This document shows, piece by piece, positions 1-12,369 of a stretch of 64,000 bases of DNA (its first letter is position 1; the number at the start of each line of letters is the position of its first letter). Under the pieces are notes generated by a model. That model searched no databases, was not told the origin of the DNA, and worked only from the letters and a program-made list of their open reading frames with translations. Both the position numbers and the translations under genes were made by a program. Source of the stretch: Ranitomeya imitator (taxonomy: Eukaryota); the NCBI RefSeq assembly GCF_032444005.1, contig NC_091289.1:116064001-116128000 (forward strand). Direction: 5' to 3'.

Positions 1-228
1 GTTCTGCTGTACTGTGTTAGTTCTGCTGTACTGTGTTATTTCTGCTGTGCTGTTTAGTTCTGCTGTCCTGTTTAATTCTGCTGTACTGTTCAGTTCTGCT
101 GTACTGTGTTAGTTCTGTTGTACTGTTTAGTTCTGCTGTACTGTGTTAGTTCTGCTCTACTGTTTAGTTCTGTTGTACTGTTTAGTTCTGTTGTACTGTT
201 TAGTTCTGCTGTACTGTGTTAGTTCTGA
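1..228. repeat. 17/19-bp minisatellite (AGTTCTGCTGTACTGT[GT]TT)n, truncated by the window start
   Basis: Tandem units visible directly; they run into a repeat body (230-545) whose reverse complement resembles 19565-19900. Confidence 0.9.
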
Positions 229-545
229 TCTCATTGTTATTTCTGATCTGACTGCATTGTATGTGATTGTGAGAGCAAACTGTCAGTCATTAAATGTCTA
301 ACACTGGTAATACCCCCTCTTATTTAACATGAACTCTGCAGTCAGATTCTCATGCAGATTAGTATCCGGCCCATAGATCTTATCAGCTAATTTACATACA
401 AGAAAAATGTGGATATCTCTGAAATAAGTCATTGGATTGTAGATATTAAGGTATGTTTTTAAAATTTATAAGACCTGCATGACCATATAGACGACTTAGT
501 AGGATTGATACTACTGACAAATCTTACTAAGGGGAGATATGCTTG
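1..545 (-). mobile_element. Non-autonomous DNA-transposon/MITE remnant, same family as 19565-20130 in opposite orientation
   Basis: The reverse complement of 230-545 aligns by eye with 19565-19900 (shared ctgtcagtag, gtcata/gtcatg, accagtgt.agacat..aatgactgaca). Confidence 0.55.
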
Positions 546-1823
546 CATTTCGATAGCTCATACAAACCCAATAGTCAGAAAATGATCTAAGTTAAATCCA
601 TCAGGAAGCAAGACATTAACTCCATCTAGACAAAAATAAGTTCTGACTTCAGGGATATATAGCATTCTTTCTCATGAGGGTATTGATGTTGTTTATTACA
701 CTATTTACGTGATTCTCTAGGCAGAACTAGCTGAGAGCTTTAACAAAGACTTGGATAATTTCTCATTGAAGGATAACAACAAGAACAATCAAAAACAGAT
801 AAATGCTTATGTAAATGTATATAATTCTGGTCTGTTTGTTAACCCATTATGATCACCACCTGGGTTTCCTGTATTTTTTTTCATTTTCTTCCGAAGCAAC
901 AGGAGGAAACATAACAAATCTAATCTAATGCTGGAGTTACAGAAACATAGGCATTTACAAGATACAAGGAGGCACACAGAGTTGATAAGAACTGCAGTGT
1001 GATTTCAGATAAAGCTGTGGTTTGTGGTTTTATAAAGAATAAATGATCCCAACTGTTCATAATATAAGTCAATAGACGTGCAAATGCAACTACGAAATTT
1101 CTCAAAATGTCAGTAACATCAGGCACTCTGCAGGCACAAAGCAAATCAATGGGTTACATTTCTTAAACTGGTAGTTATGTTGTTTTTCAATTATTTACTA
1201 GAGTGACTAATAAGATTAAAAAGATTATTAGGATATTAACTCTATATGACCATACGTTATCAAACATATAAAAAGCAAAAATTAAGACATAAGCTTTCAA
1301 TGGTGACTCTAAGATCATAATCAAAGCCTGTCTTTCATTGTTAGAAAATCGTGTTACAATGGTCCCCATGATAAAAGATGAAATTGTTAGTGTTTCCAGT
1401 GCTTTACTGGTCCTCTTCTCACACTTTAATTCCCACTTGCTGGTTAAAACAGGTGTTTAATTGTGAATTCAAAGAGGAAAAAGGATTGAACTCAAGTGCC
1501 ACCTATTGGAAGTAGCAATTCTAAAAGTTAATATTGACCCTTGAGCCTTGCTCTATGACTTAGCATAAAGCAATATGCATATTTAATTTCTCAGAGCAGC
1601 ATGCATGGCATATAAGTCTCCTCACTCTGACATGCCAGGCCTGAATAGTCACTTTCCACAAAGAGAAACATTACGCCATAGATCCTATGTGAACTGGTAG
1701 ACATTTTTGTAATGTAAGTCAAAGACATTGAAACAAGAAAACATATTTAGGAAACAATCAAGTAGAAAAATTACTGAAGATAGCCAAATCGGCAACCAGT
1801 AATAATGAGCCCCCCACTAGATA

Positions 1824-2403
1824 TGAATCCTACAAGCAACTTGGAGTCAAAAAAGCCCAAAAAGCAAACATATAGAAAAGTAACAAAGTTTATTCCACAG
1901 CCCCCCAAGGAAGTCCGCGCAAAACGCGCATAGTGGATGCTTTTTTTTGCTGTCTCACGAGGGTTAATTATGGGTAAGATTGTTTAATCCCCTGTCTCTA
2001 GACAGGTGGCCTATTATTATTTTGTTTTACCTATTTTTTTTTTTTTACCTATTGCCATATGCCGAGAATATTTGATACCAATATTACTATGAGGCCACTT
2101 TATGGCTTTTAACACAGGTGATGTTATTTGTTGACTTTTTGATGTATATGCCGGATATTAAATTAACCAGTATACATCACCTATGAGGACACACATTTTT
2201 TACCCATGCCCCATACTTTAGTCTGTGAGTTGGCATCTTTTGTGAACACCCTGTGCCATCACTTCCTTCCTGTTGTACTCTTTGTTGTATGAATTCATAT
2301 TTATAATGATTTTGTATGTATTTTCATTTGGAATAAACGTTGAAACTTTTTTATATGTTTGCTTTTTGGGCTTTTTTTACTTCAAGTCGCTTGTAGGGTT
2401 CAC
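1824..2403. repeat. Imperfect inverted repeat pair of about 75 bp (1824-1897 and 2328-2403), possibly a Penelope-like remnant
   Basis: tgaatcctacaagcaacttggagtcaaaaaagcccaaaaagcaaacatata...tttattcca versus its near reverse complement at 2328-2403. The family is an inference. Confidence 0.5.
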
Positions 2404-3149
2404 TTTTGTAATGTAAGCCTATCAAGCCTCATTCTACCGCTCCTTAGAGTTCATTATAAAAGCTTGATTTCCAGCTCACACATTACATTTAAGTTGGAAT
2501 TTAAGTCACATGAGTCAGAAGATGACCAGAGCGGCACTGGTAGCCAGGGAAGATGGCGATATGTAAATATTTTATTGTACTTACAGTACACTACATTAGA
2601 CGCTGTACATTCTTAGGTAAAATGGCAGGAATATAATGAGAGCAAAAACTGTCTACATTTGACAGGTTCGCCGTAAATATCATCACTAGCCACAAACTGG
2701 AAACCTCTTTGAGCTCAATATTGATTGCCTCTAGCCAATGGGCTACACAAAGGAATAGCTGGAAGCTTTAATTTTAAGCCCAATGAGTATTTTTAGAATA
2801 TCCTTAAAAAGCATCTAACGCCAATATGTTGCTTCTCTTTTTATGTACTAAACTAGTAGGCAGCCCAATATTGGTGATATCATTAAATATAAATTAGTGT
2901 CAAACCCTCTCATAAGTGCATATAGTGCCCTCTAAAAGGGCCCGCCTGACTTTCTACCCAACTGTTGAAATTAACATATCTATAGATATAATTGTCTAAG
3001 GGGTACTTCCGTCTTTCTGTCCTCAACTTCCATAACGGAAATCCCGCGTCACTGATTGGTCTCGGCAGCTGCTAGTCATGGCTGCTGTGACCAATCAGCG
3101 ATGGGCACAGTTCGATTAGTCCCTCCTCTACAGTCACAGTGCCCACCGC

Positions 3150-3560
3150 CCACTCCATACTCCCCGCAGTCAGTGTCCCTGGCACTCTGCTCCATACTCC
3201 CCGCAGTCAGTGTCCCCGGCGCTCCGCTGCATACTCCCCGCAGTCAGTGTCCCTGGCGCCTGCTCCATACTCCCCACAGTCAGTGTCCCCGGCACTCTGC
3301 TCCATAATCCCCGCTCCCCAAGGTCAGTGTCCCCGGTGCTCCGCTCCATACTCCCCGCTCCCCACAGTCAGAGTCCCTGGCGCTCCACTCCGTACTCCCC
3401 GCTCCCCGCAGTCAGTGTCCCCGGCGCTCCGCTCCACACTCCCCGCTCCCCGCAGTCAGTGTCCCCAGCGCTCCACTCCATACTCTCCGCTCCCCGCAGT
3501 CAGTGTCCCCGGCGCCCGCTCCATACTCCCCGCAGTCAGTGCCCGCTCCATAATCCCCTC
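3150..3560. repeat. GC-rich minisatellite of about 34-41 bp (ctccatactccccgcagtcagtgtccccggcg core)
   Basis: About 11 tandem copies seen directly; they account for the repetitive ORFs at 3056-3645. Confidence 0.9.
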
Positions 3561-4020
3561 CAGTAACCGCTCACACAGGGTTAATGCCAGCGGTAACAGA
3601 CCGCGCTATGCCACAGGTAACGCACTCCGTATCCGCTACTATTAACCCTGTGTGACCAAGTTTTTACTATTGATGCTGCATAGTAAAAAGATGTAATGTT
3701 AAAAATAATAAAAAAACAAAAAAAACCTGCTATACTCACCCTCTGTTGTCCACTGAGCCACTCGCGCAGGCCGCTATCTTCTATTCGAAGAGATGCATTG
3801 CGAACTTACCCAGAAGAATTAGCAGTCTCGCGAGACCGCTAAGTCATCTGGGTAATTTCGCAATGCATCTTGGGAACGGAAGATGGTGGCCGCATCACAC
3901 AGCTTCGCTGGATCCCAGGGGTGAGTATATAACTATTTTTTATTTTAATTACTTTTTTTAACAGGGATATGGTGCACACACTGCTAAATACTGCGTGGAC
4001 AGTGTTATATACCTACATAA

Positions 4021-6760
4021 CTGGGCAATATACTATGTGACTGGGCAATATAATACGTGACTGGGCAATATACTACGTGGCTGGGCAATATACTACATTA
4101 CTGGGCAATATACTATGTGGCTGGGCAATATACTACGTGACTGGGCAATATACTACGTGACTGGGCAATATACTACGTGACTGGGCAATATACTATGTGA
4201 CTGGGCAATATAATACGTGACTGGGCAATATACTACGTGGCTGGGCAATATACTACATTACTGGGCAATATACTACGTGGCTGGGCAATATACTACGTGA
4301 CTGGGCAATATACTACGTGACTGGGCAATATACTATGTGACTGGGCAATATACTACGTGTCTGGGCAATATACTACGTGTCTGGGCAATATACTACGTGA
4401 CTGGGCAATATACTACGTGACTGGGCAATAAACTACGTGACTGAGCAATATACTACGTGACTGGGCAATATACTACGTGGCTGGGCAATATACTACGTGA
4501 CTGGGCAATATTCTACGTGGCTGGGCAATATACTACGTGACTGGGCAATATACTATGTGGCTGGGCAATAAACTACGTGACTGGGCAATATACTGCGTGA
4601 CTGGGCAATATACTATGTGACTGTGCAATATACTACGTGGCTGGGCAATGTACTACGTGACTGGGCAATAAACTACGTGACTCAGCAATATACTACGTGG
4701 CTGGGCAATGTACTACGTGACTGGGCAATATACTACGTGACTGGGCAATATACTATGTGGCTCGACAATATACTACGTGAGTGGGCAATATACTACATGG
4801 CTGGGCAATATACTACGTGGCTGGGCAATATACTATGTGACTGGGCAATATACTACGTGACTGGGCAATATACTACGTGACTGGGCAATATACTACGTGG
4901 CTCTGTGCTGAATAATTCTTCGCTGGGCAATATACTATGTTGCTGGCAATATACTATGTGGCTGGGCAATATACTACGTGACTGGGCAATAAACTACGTG
5001 ACTGAGCAATATACTACGTGACTGGGCAATATACTACGTGGCTGGGCAATATACTACGTGACTGGGCAATATTCTACGTGGCTGGGCAATATACTACGTG
5101 ACTGGGCAATATACTATGTGGCTGGGCAATAAACTACGTGACTGGGCAATATACTGCGTGACTGGGCAATATACTATGTGACTGTGCAATATACTACGTG
5201 GCTGGGCAATGTACTACGTGACTGGGCAATAAACTACGTGACTCAGCAATATACTACGTGGCTGGGCAATGTACTACGTGACTGGGCAATATACTACGTG
5301 ACTGGGCAATATACTATGTGGCTCGACAATATACTACGTGAGTGGGCAATATACTACATGGCTGGGCAATATACTACGTGGCTGGGCAATATACTATGTG
5401 ACTGGGCAATATACTACGTGACTGGGCAATATACTACGTGACTGGGCAATATACTACGTGGCTCTGTGCTGAATAATTCTTCGCTGGGCAATATACTATG
5501 TTGCTGGCAATATACTATGTGGCTGGGCAATATACTACGTGACTGGGCAATATACTACGTGACTGGGCAATGCACTACGTGACTGGCAATATACTATGTG
5601 ACTGGGCAAAATACTATGTGGCTGGACAATATACTACGTGAGTGGGCAATATACTACATGGCTGGGCAATATACTACGATACTGGGCAATATACTACGTG
5701 GCTGGGCAATATACTACGTGACTGGGCAATATACTACATGGCTGGGCAATATACTACGTGGCTGGGCAATATACTATGTGACTGGCCAATATACTACGTG
5801 ACTGGGCAATATACTACGTGGCTGGGCAATGTACTACGTGACTGGGCAATATACTACGTGACTGGGCAATATACTACGTGGCTGGGCAATATACTATGTG
5901 ACTGGGCAATATACTACGTGACTGGGCAATATACTACGTGGCTCTGTGCTGAATAATTCTTCGCTGGGCAATATACTATGTTGCTGGCAATATACTATGT
6001 GGCTGGGCAATATACTACGTGACTGGGCAATATACTACGTGACTGGGCAATGCACTACGTGACTGGGCAATATAGTATGTGACTGGGCAATATACTACGT
6101 GACTGGGCAATATACTACGTGACTGGGCAATATACTACGTGGCTGGGCAATATACTATGTGACTGGGCAATATACTATGTGGCTGGACAATATACTACGT
6201 GAATGGGCAATATACTACATGGCTGGGCAATATACTACGATACTGGGCAATATACTACGTGGCTGGGCAATATACTACGTGACTGGGAAATATACTACAT
6301 GGCTGGGCAATATACTACGTGGCTGGGCAATATACTACGTGACTGGGCAATATACTACGTGGCTGGGCAATATACTACATGACTGGGCAATATACTACGT
6401 GGCTGGGCAATATACTACGTGGCTGGGCAATATGCGTCACAGGGCAATATACTACGTGACAGGGCAATATACTATGTGACTGGGCAATATACTATGAGAC
6501 TGGGCAATATACTACGTGACTGGGCTATATACTACGTGGCTGGGCAATATACTACATGACTGGGCAATATACTACGTGGCTCTGTGCTGAATACTATGTC
6601 GCTGGGCAATATACTACGACGCTGGGCAATATACTACGTCGCTGGGCAATATACTACATGACTGGGCAATATACTATGTGACTGGGCAATATACAACGTA
6701 GCTGGGCAATATATTGCGTGGCTGGCCAATATACTACGTGGGCTGTGCAATATACTACAT
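4021..6760. repeat. 20-bp minisatellite (CTGGGCAATATACTACGTG[A/G])n, about 135 copies, with higher-order repeats
   Basis: Units visible directly. Marker variant ctctgtgctgaat at 4901, 5462, 5942 and 6580; identical ORFs at 4617 and 5178 are 561 bp apart. Confidence 0.97.
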
Positions 6761-7044
6761 GGACATGCATATTCTAGAATACCCGATGCCACCATCTATT
6801 ACTTAATAAAATCATTAGTCAAGGGCTGCCCACTCTTCTATTAAATAAAAAGAGCAGCTCTAGATTGATAATATGTGCTCTCTAAGGAGAAGAAGATGCA
6901 TGTTATCATTAAATTATGACATTATGTCTTTTTATTGTATTATTTCTATGATAATGCTCCTGAAAAGGAATTATGAAGAATGCCATACACAAAAATAACT
7001 AATAGATTGTCCACCAGAATATAGTTTCTAGATGTTATACATAC

Positions 7045-7261
7045 TCTTTTGAGTCAGAACATTCATCATCAGATGGGTTGGTTTCATCTTCTGATTGGTC
7101 ACTGAGAAGATCACATGGCTGTGTGTTTACATTATCTGCAACTTCCAGCACAGGTGCAATACTGGGTCTCCTTCCTTCTTTACTTATTTCTGAGGGGAGT
7201 GTTAGATTTTGAACACCAGTAGAATGACAGCTTGTATCTTGCAAATCTATTGCCACTGTGC
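7045..7261 (-). CDS. KCNT2: KCNT2 coding exon (217 bp): [73 protein letters not shown]
   Basis: Matches the recalled Slo2.1 segment [12 protein letters not shown]...[13 protein letters not shown]...[12 protein letters not shown]. Acceptor ctttgcag|G, donor AAAGA|gtatgt. Phase 1 start fits the previous exon's end. Confidence 0.96.
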
Positions 7262-7759
7262 CTGCAAAGGATGATACAGAGATTATAGTTAAATAAATAT
7301 TCTGCATGTGTTTCTTATATTCCATTTCCATATAGAATGGGATCATGCATATTACAAATAATACTATCTCCATAGTTATAGTTACAGACATGTGTAAATG
7401 CATTTTTCAGTTCATTCTGCCAACAATGTTGTGCTCAACCTGCATTTATAGAGTCTTTTATTTTCATGTTATTTGGAAAAGCACATTTTTCTTATCATGC
7501 TTTTTGAGCTTGACAATTATGTACCAGCTGTTTTATAGCACTGAGCTAAGTCTTCTCCTTGTCATTATTCCACCCCTCAGAGTGTTTGGGATGCAGTTAC
7601 TGTAGACTCAGCCATCCATTCTGGTACAGGAGCGAGCTGAAACTGTCCGCCCTTTCATCAACAGCTCAGTTGTCCAGTCTGGTACTGGGGCATGCAGAGC
7701 TGTTGGTATTTTGATTGACAGCTCTGCCATCGAATCTGAGACTGGGAGGTGCTAGCTGT

Positions 7760-8909
7760 CTCCAGGTGTTCATTGTCACACAATTTTTGTTTTTGCATTT
7801 CTGTCTTTCGCTCCCCTTCTTCCCAGAGCCATAACTTTTTTTTTCACCAATATGGCCATTTGAGCGCTTGATTTTTGCGGGACAAGTTGTATTTTTCAAC
7901 AACTTAATCGGTTTTACCATGGCATGAACTCAAAAACAGGAAAAAAATTCCAAGTGTGTTATAATTGTTAAAAAAAGTACAAGTCCAAAACAGTTTTCTA
8001 TATTTTTTACCATGTTCACCATGCTAAAACTGACCTGCCATTATGATTCTCCAGGTCATTATGAATTTGTAAATACTAAACATTTATAGGTTGCTTTTAA
8101 TTTAATTGGTGAAAAAAATACAAAATTTGTAAAAAAAAAAAATTGTGTAATTTTCCTAGACCTACCGTAGCATCTCCATTTTTCATGATCTAGGGCTGGG
8201 TGAGGGCTTACTTTTTGTGTGCTAAGCTGATGTTTTTAATAATACCATTTTGGCTTGGATACAATATGTTGATCTCCCTTTATTGCATTTTAATGCAATG
8301 CTGCTGCGACCCAAAAATCGTAATTCTCGCTTTTTGACTTTTTTTTTGGGCTATGCCATTTACCAATCAGATCAATTATTTTCATAGCTTGATAGATCGG
8401 GCAATTCTGCATGCTGTGATGCCAAATATGCATATATTTTATTTTTTCAAATTGTTTTAATTTGAGTGAGGCAAAAGGGAGGTGATTTGAGACTAGAAGC
8501 TGCCATAACCCAATCGCCTCTACTACACACAGGCGATGATCAGATCGCCTGTATGTAGCATAAATGCTCATTTGCTATGAGCGCTGACCACCAGGTGATG
8601 CTCACAGCATTCCGACAATGACAGCCATAGAGGTGTGCTAGAGACCTCTGGTTATCATGCCGATTCATCGGTGACCCGCGATCATGTGATGGGGTCACCG
8701 ATGGACGGGATTAGTGACATGCTTCCGGTGCAATCACATTAAATGCCACTGTCAGCAATTGACGATTTCACCTGAACCTGTTAGGGGCACATGTCAGCTG
8801 TTCACAACAGCTGAGATAGGCTGGGAATATATGTGCTCAGTGCTGGAGCACACATCAAAGAGTGGGACATGAGATGAGCAGTAATAGTACAGTGCATGTT
8901 GTGAAGGGG
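7760..8909. mobile_element. Degraded non-autonomous TTAA-type (piggyBac-like) element
   Basis: Ends ...gtgaagggg|TTAA at 8909-8913; the body shares motifs with the large TTAA elements at 25-41 kb. Left boundary approximate. Confidence 0.5.
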
Positions 8910-9629
8910 TTAACTGGGCTGTCAGTCTCACATATCTGCCAGACCTGCATTCAACTTTTATTTGATTTGCCCCTCTGTGCCGTGCGGTCTGTTGATCTTT
9001 CATTGCCTGACCTTGGACCTAGTTCTAACCATCTGTCTGTTTAACCTCTTTGCTCTGATCCACTATCCTCCTGACATTTTGACCTTGGACTGTTACCTGA
9101 CTTCTCCTTTGTCTCTTTCTCCTGTTTATGACATACCCTCCTTAATTTTTACCTCGGACTCCTTGAATATCCTGAATCACAGACTGGACGTGAGAAGTGT
9201 CTCATTGTCATACTCCTGTGTCCCTCCCCAGTTTTGGATGCAATGACTACATTGTCTGTCTTGAAGCCTATGATTGGCTACAAATGTCAAGTGATTGGAA
9301 CAAAACATCATATTTCACTAATAATTTCACTGTTCCCTTGACACAGAGAATCATCTGAAGACATGCTATTCAAGTCACCTATCAGCCGAAGCCAGTCTCA
9401 GGTTAAAGAGTTGAAGAGGTCTTGTGATAAGATTACAGTTCGGATGTCGGCACACACTAAATAGCAGTCTGTGCTATATACTCAGCTGGTGATAATAGAT
9501 GAGCATGGTAGATTTTGTTACTTTCAGAGAATCCATGCTCATAGTGAACATTGTTTGCTGCCTCCACCAATCTAAGTGAGGTGTCCCTACAGAGTTTGAT
9601 ACTGTCTAGTCAGCGTGGACTATGAAACA

Positions 9630-9750
9630 CAAAGAATGTCAGATTGCTTCAAGAACAAAACTTATCAGGAGAGACTTAAGCAACTTAGTTTTGTAGCCTG
9701 GAGGAAAGAAGGGAGAGCGTTTAAAACTTTTAAATATTTTAAAGGTTTAA
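9630..9750 (+). mobile_element. CR1-type LINE 3' fragment
   Basis: aaacttatcaggagagacttaagcaacttagtttt gtagcctggaggaaagaagg...aaaacttttaaatat resembles the CR1 ORF2 C-terminal motif YQERLK.L.L.SLEERR...ETFKY. Confidence 0.5.
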
Positions 9751-10687
9751 CTGGGAACTTTACTTGCAACAAACTTTGCATAAATTAATAGTATACTGTA
9801 GGTGAATAAAATAGACTTTGTAAATGATTTAAGCAGAGAGATCAGATGCGTTCCTTAGCTACTTTATCCTCTCACGCACGCCTCCCATGCACTCAAAAAA
9901 GCAGCTCAAATCCATCTTGCTGAGAAAAGACACCATCTCACTGTGATGTCATGTGATAGAAACCATTGTACTCTATGGAGAGGGTTGGAGTAAAAGGGGA
10001 GAGAAGCAGAGTGGGGAATAAGCAGAGGGAGACCAAGAAAGATCATGACGAGTTTTCTATCAAGTCCTTTACTTCACTCCAGTGCTGCATTTCACTCTGC
10101 ACTGATCACTACTACATGCAGCTGCTGCTTCTCTCTGTGTCCCCCCACAACTAACACAGATGAGGTGGATGCCACCAATCTTCCCATATATTGCATTTTA
10201 TTCTCCTAAAGGAGTCATTGCTGCCATTACTAACAAGGATGAGGTGAAAACCATCATTTATACCGTGTATTCCATTTCACTCTCTCCACTTGATTATAGA
10301 ATTGAGGACACCATAGTGTCCGCTAACCATACGCACCACTATTTTCAGACTAACTTATTTTATTATAACACTAGCAATCCGTTGCCTAAGAGCAGTATTG
10401 TCTCCATTTTCTCTATTGTGATCGCAAATTTTAATAAGAAACTAAGTCCAAAATCAAAGAGATAAAATCAGCAGTAGATGAATGTAAGCATGGCATCAAC
10501 ATAGATCTTTACTTAGATGCAAATAGTAAGGGAATAATATCAAAGTGGTCTTTTTCTGATCTCAGTTTTTTGCTTTCAGAACTGTTATTGCAGAGGGGAG
10601 ACAAATATTTACTTAAACTGATATATCAGGAGAACTGAAGGTCTTCTTTAATTTGCAAAAAAAGTTTTAATACACTGGGTCAATAAA

Positions 10688-11123
10688 GCCCCCGTCACAC
10701 ATAGCGAGATCGCTAGCGAGATCGCTGCTGAGTCACAAGTTTTGTGACGCAACAGCGACCTCAGTAACGATCTCGCTATGTGTGACACGTAGCAGCGATC
10801 AGGCCCCTGAAGTGAGATCGCTGGTCATGTCGGAATGGCCTGGACCGTTTTTTGATCGTTGAGGTCCCGCTGGGTAGCACACATCGCTGTGTTTGACACC
10901 TTGCCAACGACCTCATTGACAGGACGTCCCATTGAATCATCATGAAATAGCATCGTTGTACAGGTCGCTACAGGTCGCTACAGGTCGCTGCATCGCTGCT
11001 GCGTCATTGGGGAGATCTCACTGTTTGACATCTCACCAGCGACCACATAGCGACGCAGCAACGATCCCTGACAGGTCGTATCATTGTGGGGATCGCTTAA
11101 GCGTCGCTATGTGTGACGGGGCC
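10688..11123. mobile_element. MITE, PIF/Harbinger-like, 436 bp
   Basis: TIRs gcccccgtcacacatagcga and tcgctatgtgtgacggggcc; TTA on the right flank; many internal palindromic motifs. Confidence 0.8.
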
Positions 11124-12369
11124 TTAAGATGCTCGGCAACTTCCAAAGGGAAAAAAGAGGGGAAGGAGAGGTGAACAAAGAGATTTTTCTTTGCATGTAT
11201 TGTATTGATATCATGCATTACCAGCACTGAAATTAGAGCTTACTTTTTCTGGCTGTAAGGAAAGAGTCAGGCGGCCGCATAATATGGACGGGAATCGCAA
11301 CACAATGCTTGGACTGGTCGGCGGCTCTCCTGACCTAAGCTAGACAGCTGCATTAAAATACATGCTATAACAATCGGGTCACCACTCCAAGCATTGCAAT
11401 GCGATTTCCATCCAAGTTTTATGGCAATCTGACTCTTCGCTTGGGCTACATCACATAATAGATATGTGAATGGCATAAAACAGAAATGTAAGCCTTTGAG
11501 CATAATTCACAGCCTCTGTGAAAGTGGAGTCGAAATATCTGCATTAAAAATGTGATAAAGAAATCTGTTTAAAAAAAATGTGTCATTTCAATGTCATATG
11601 TTGCTTTTCATCTATAAATTGCAGAACAGCTGAGTTTTGTGAAGTTTTTGAAGCTCTCTGGATAGTCAGTGCCTCCGGGGACTACAGCGTACTGTCATAC
11701 AGAAAATATGGTTCATATTCAAAATAGACATCGCAAAGCTAGGTGTTCTAAATAATTATCGGTAAGAAATGGATGTCCATGAATATGTATTTTAGGCATG
11801 CATTTCAACCAGGGAAAGAAATCTTTTGTAATAAAATTCAAATTTACCATAAAATATCGCACAAAATAGAGTTATTTTGAATACAGAAAAGCTACTGAGT
11901 TATATGTCCGCCACACAGGGGACGGAAGCTTGCCAAATACAGCTGGAAGGAAAAGATACAATCTTCAGCAAAAGAAAGGATTCTTTACACAAAGGGCCAT
12001 CAAACTATAAGAATACTCTCCCAAGAAACGCAGTGTTGGCAGGTGATGTGCATATATTTAACAGGCTTTAATATTGTCATAAACAGCAAAATATTGTCGT
12101 TTAGAAAGTTAACTATTTGATTGCTTTAAAGTTGAAATGATGACATTAATATTTTCCATTGTATTCCGTTTACCACCTTATTTTCTTTACATATTCCCTC
12201 ACACTCATGTTATCTCACTACTATACATTCATACACTGTATATGTTTTATAAGTAGAGACCTGTCATATTGTAAAACAGTCACACAAGACTTCCCCATCT
12301 CGTGCGACTCCTTATGCATGTTTTTTAAATAAAAGTTAATCTTATCTGAAAAAACACATTGCTTGTTAG

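Larger units (their letters stand above)
2979..6799 (+). mobile_element. Helitron-like non-autonomous element carrying two minisatellites
   Basis: Starts A|TC at 2979 and ends ...acccgatgccaccatCTAT|T at 6799 (degenerate CTRR end between A and T). No TIR or TSD; internal palindromes. The 3' hairpin looks partly deleted. Confidence 0.5.

Noticed and set aside
920-1369. Two hydrophobic minus-strand ORFs (74 and 60 aa), one behind a plausible acceptor (ttttgtgcctgcag)
   Set aside because: They do not match the next KCNT2 exon (expected YAKGYPPYSPYIGSSP...) or any family I recognise, and other frames contain stops. Probably chance ORFs in AT-rich DNA.
3056-6479. ORFs with repeated PRSQC or GQYTTWLGN motifs
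   Set aside because: They are translations of the minisatellites; unit lengths are not fixed multiples of three and there is no gene structure.
4021-6760. CRISPR-like appearance of this and the 43-, 120- and 128-bp arrays
   Set aside because: No unique spacers, no cas genes, and a eukaryotic intron context; these are head-to-tail tandem repeats.
1-7044. Next downstream KCNT2 exon
   Set aside because: Searched by eye for GYPPYSPYIG and CCLRLDK codons on the minus strand and found none; it presumably lies before the window.
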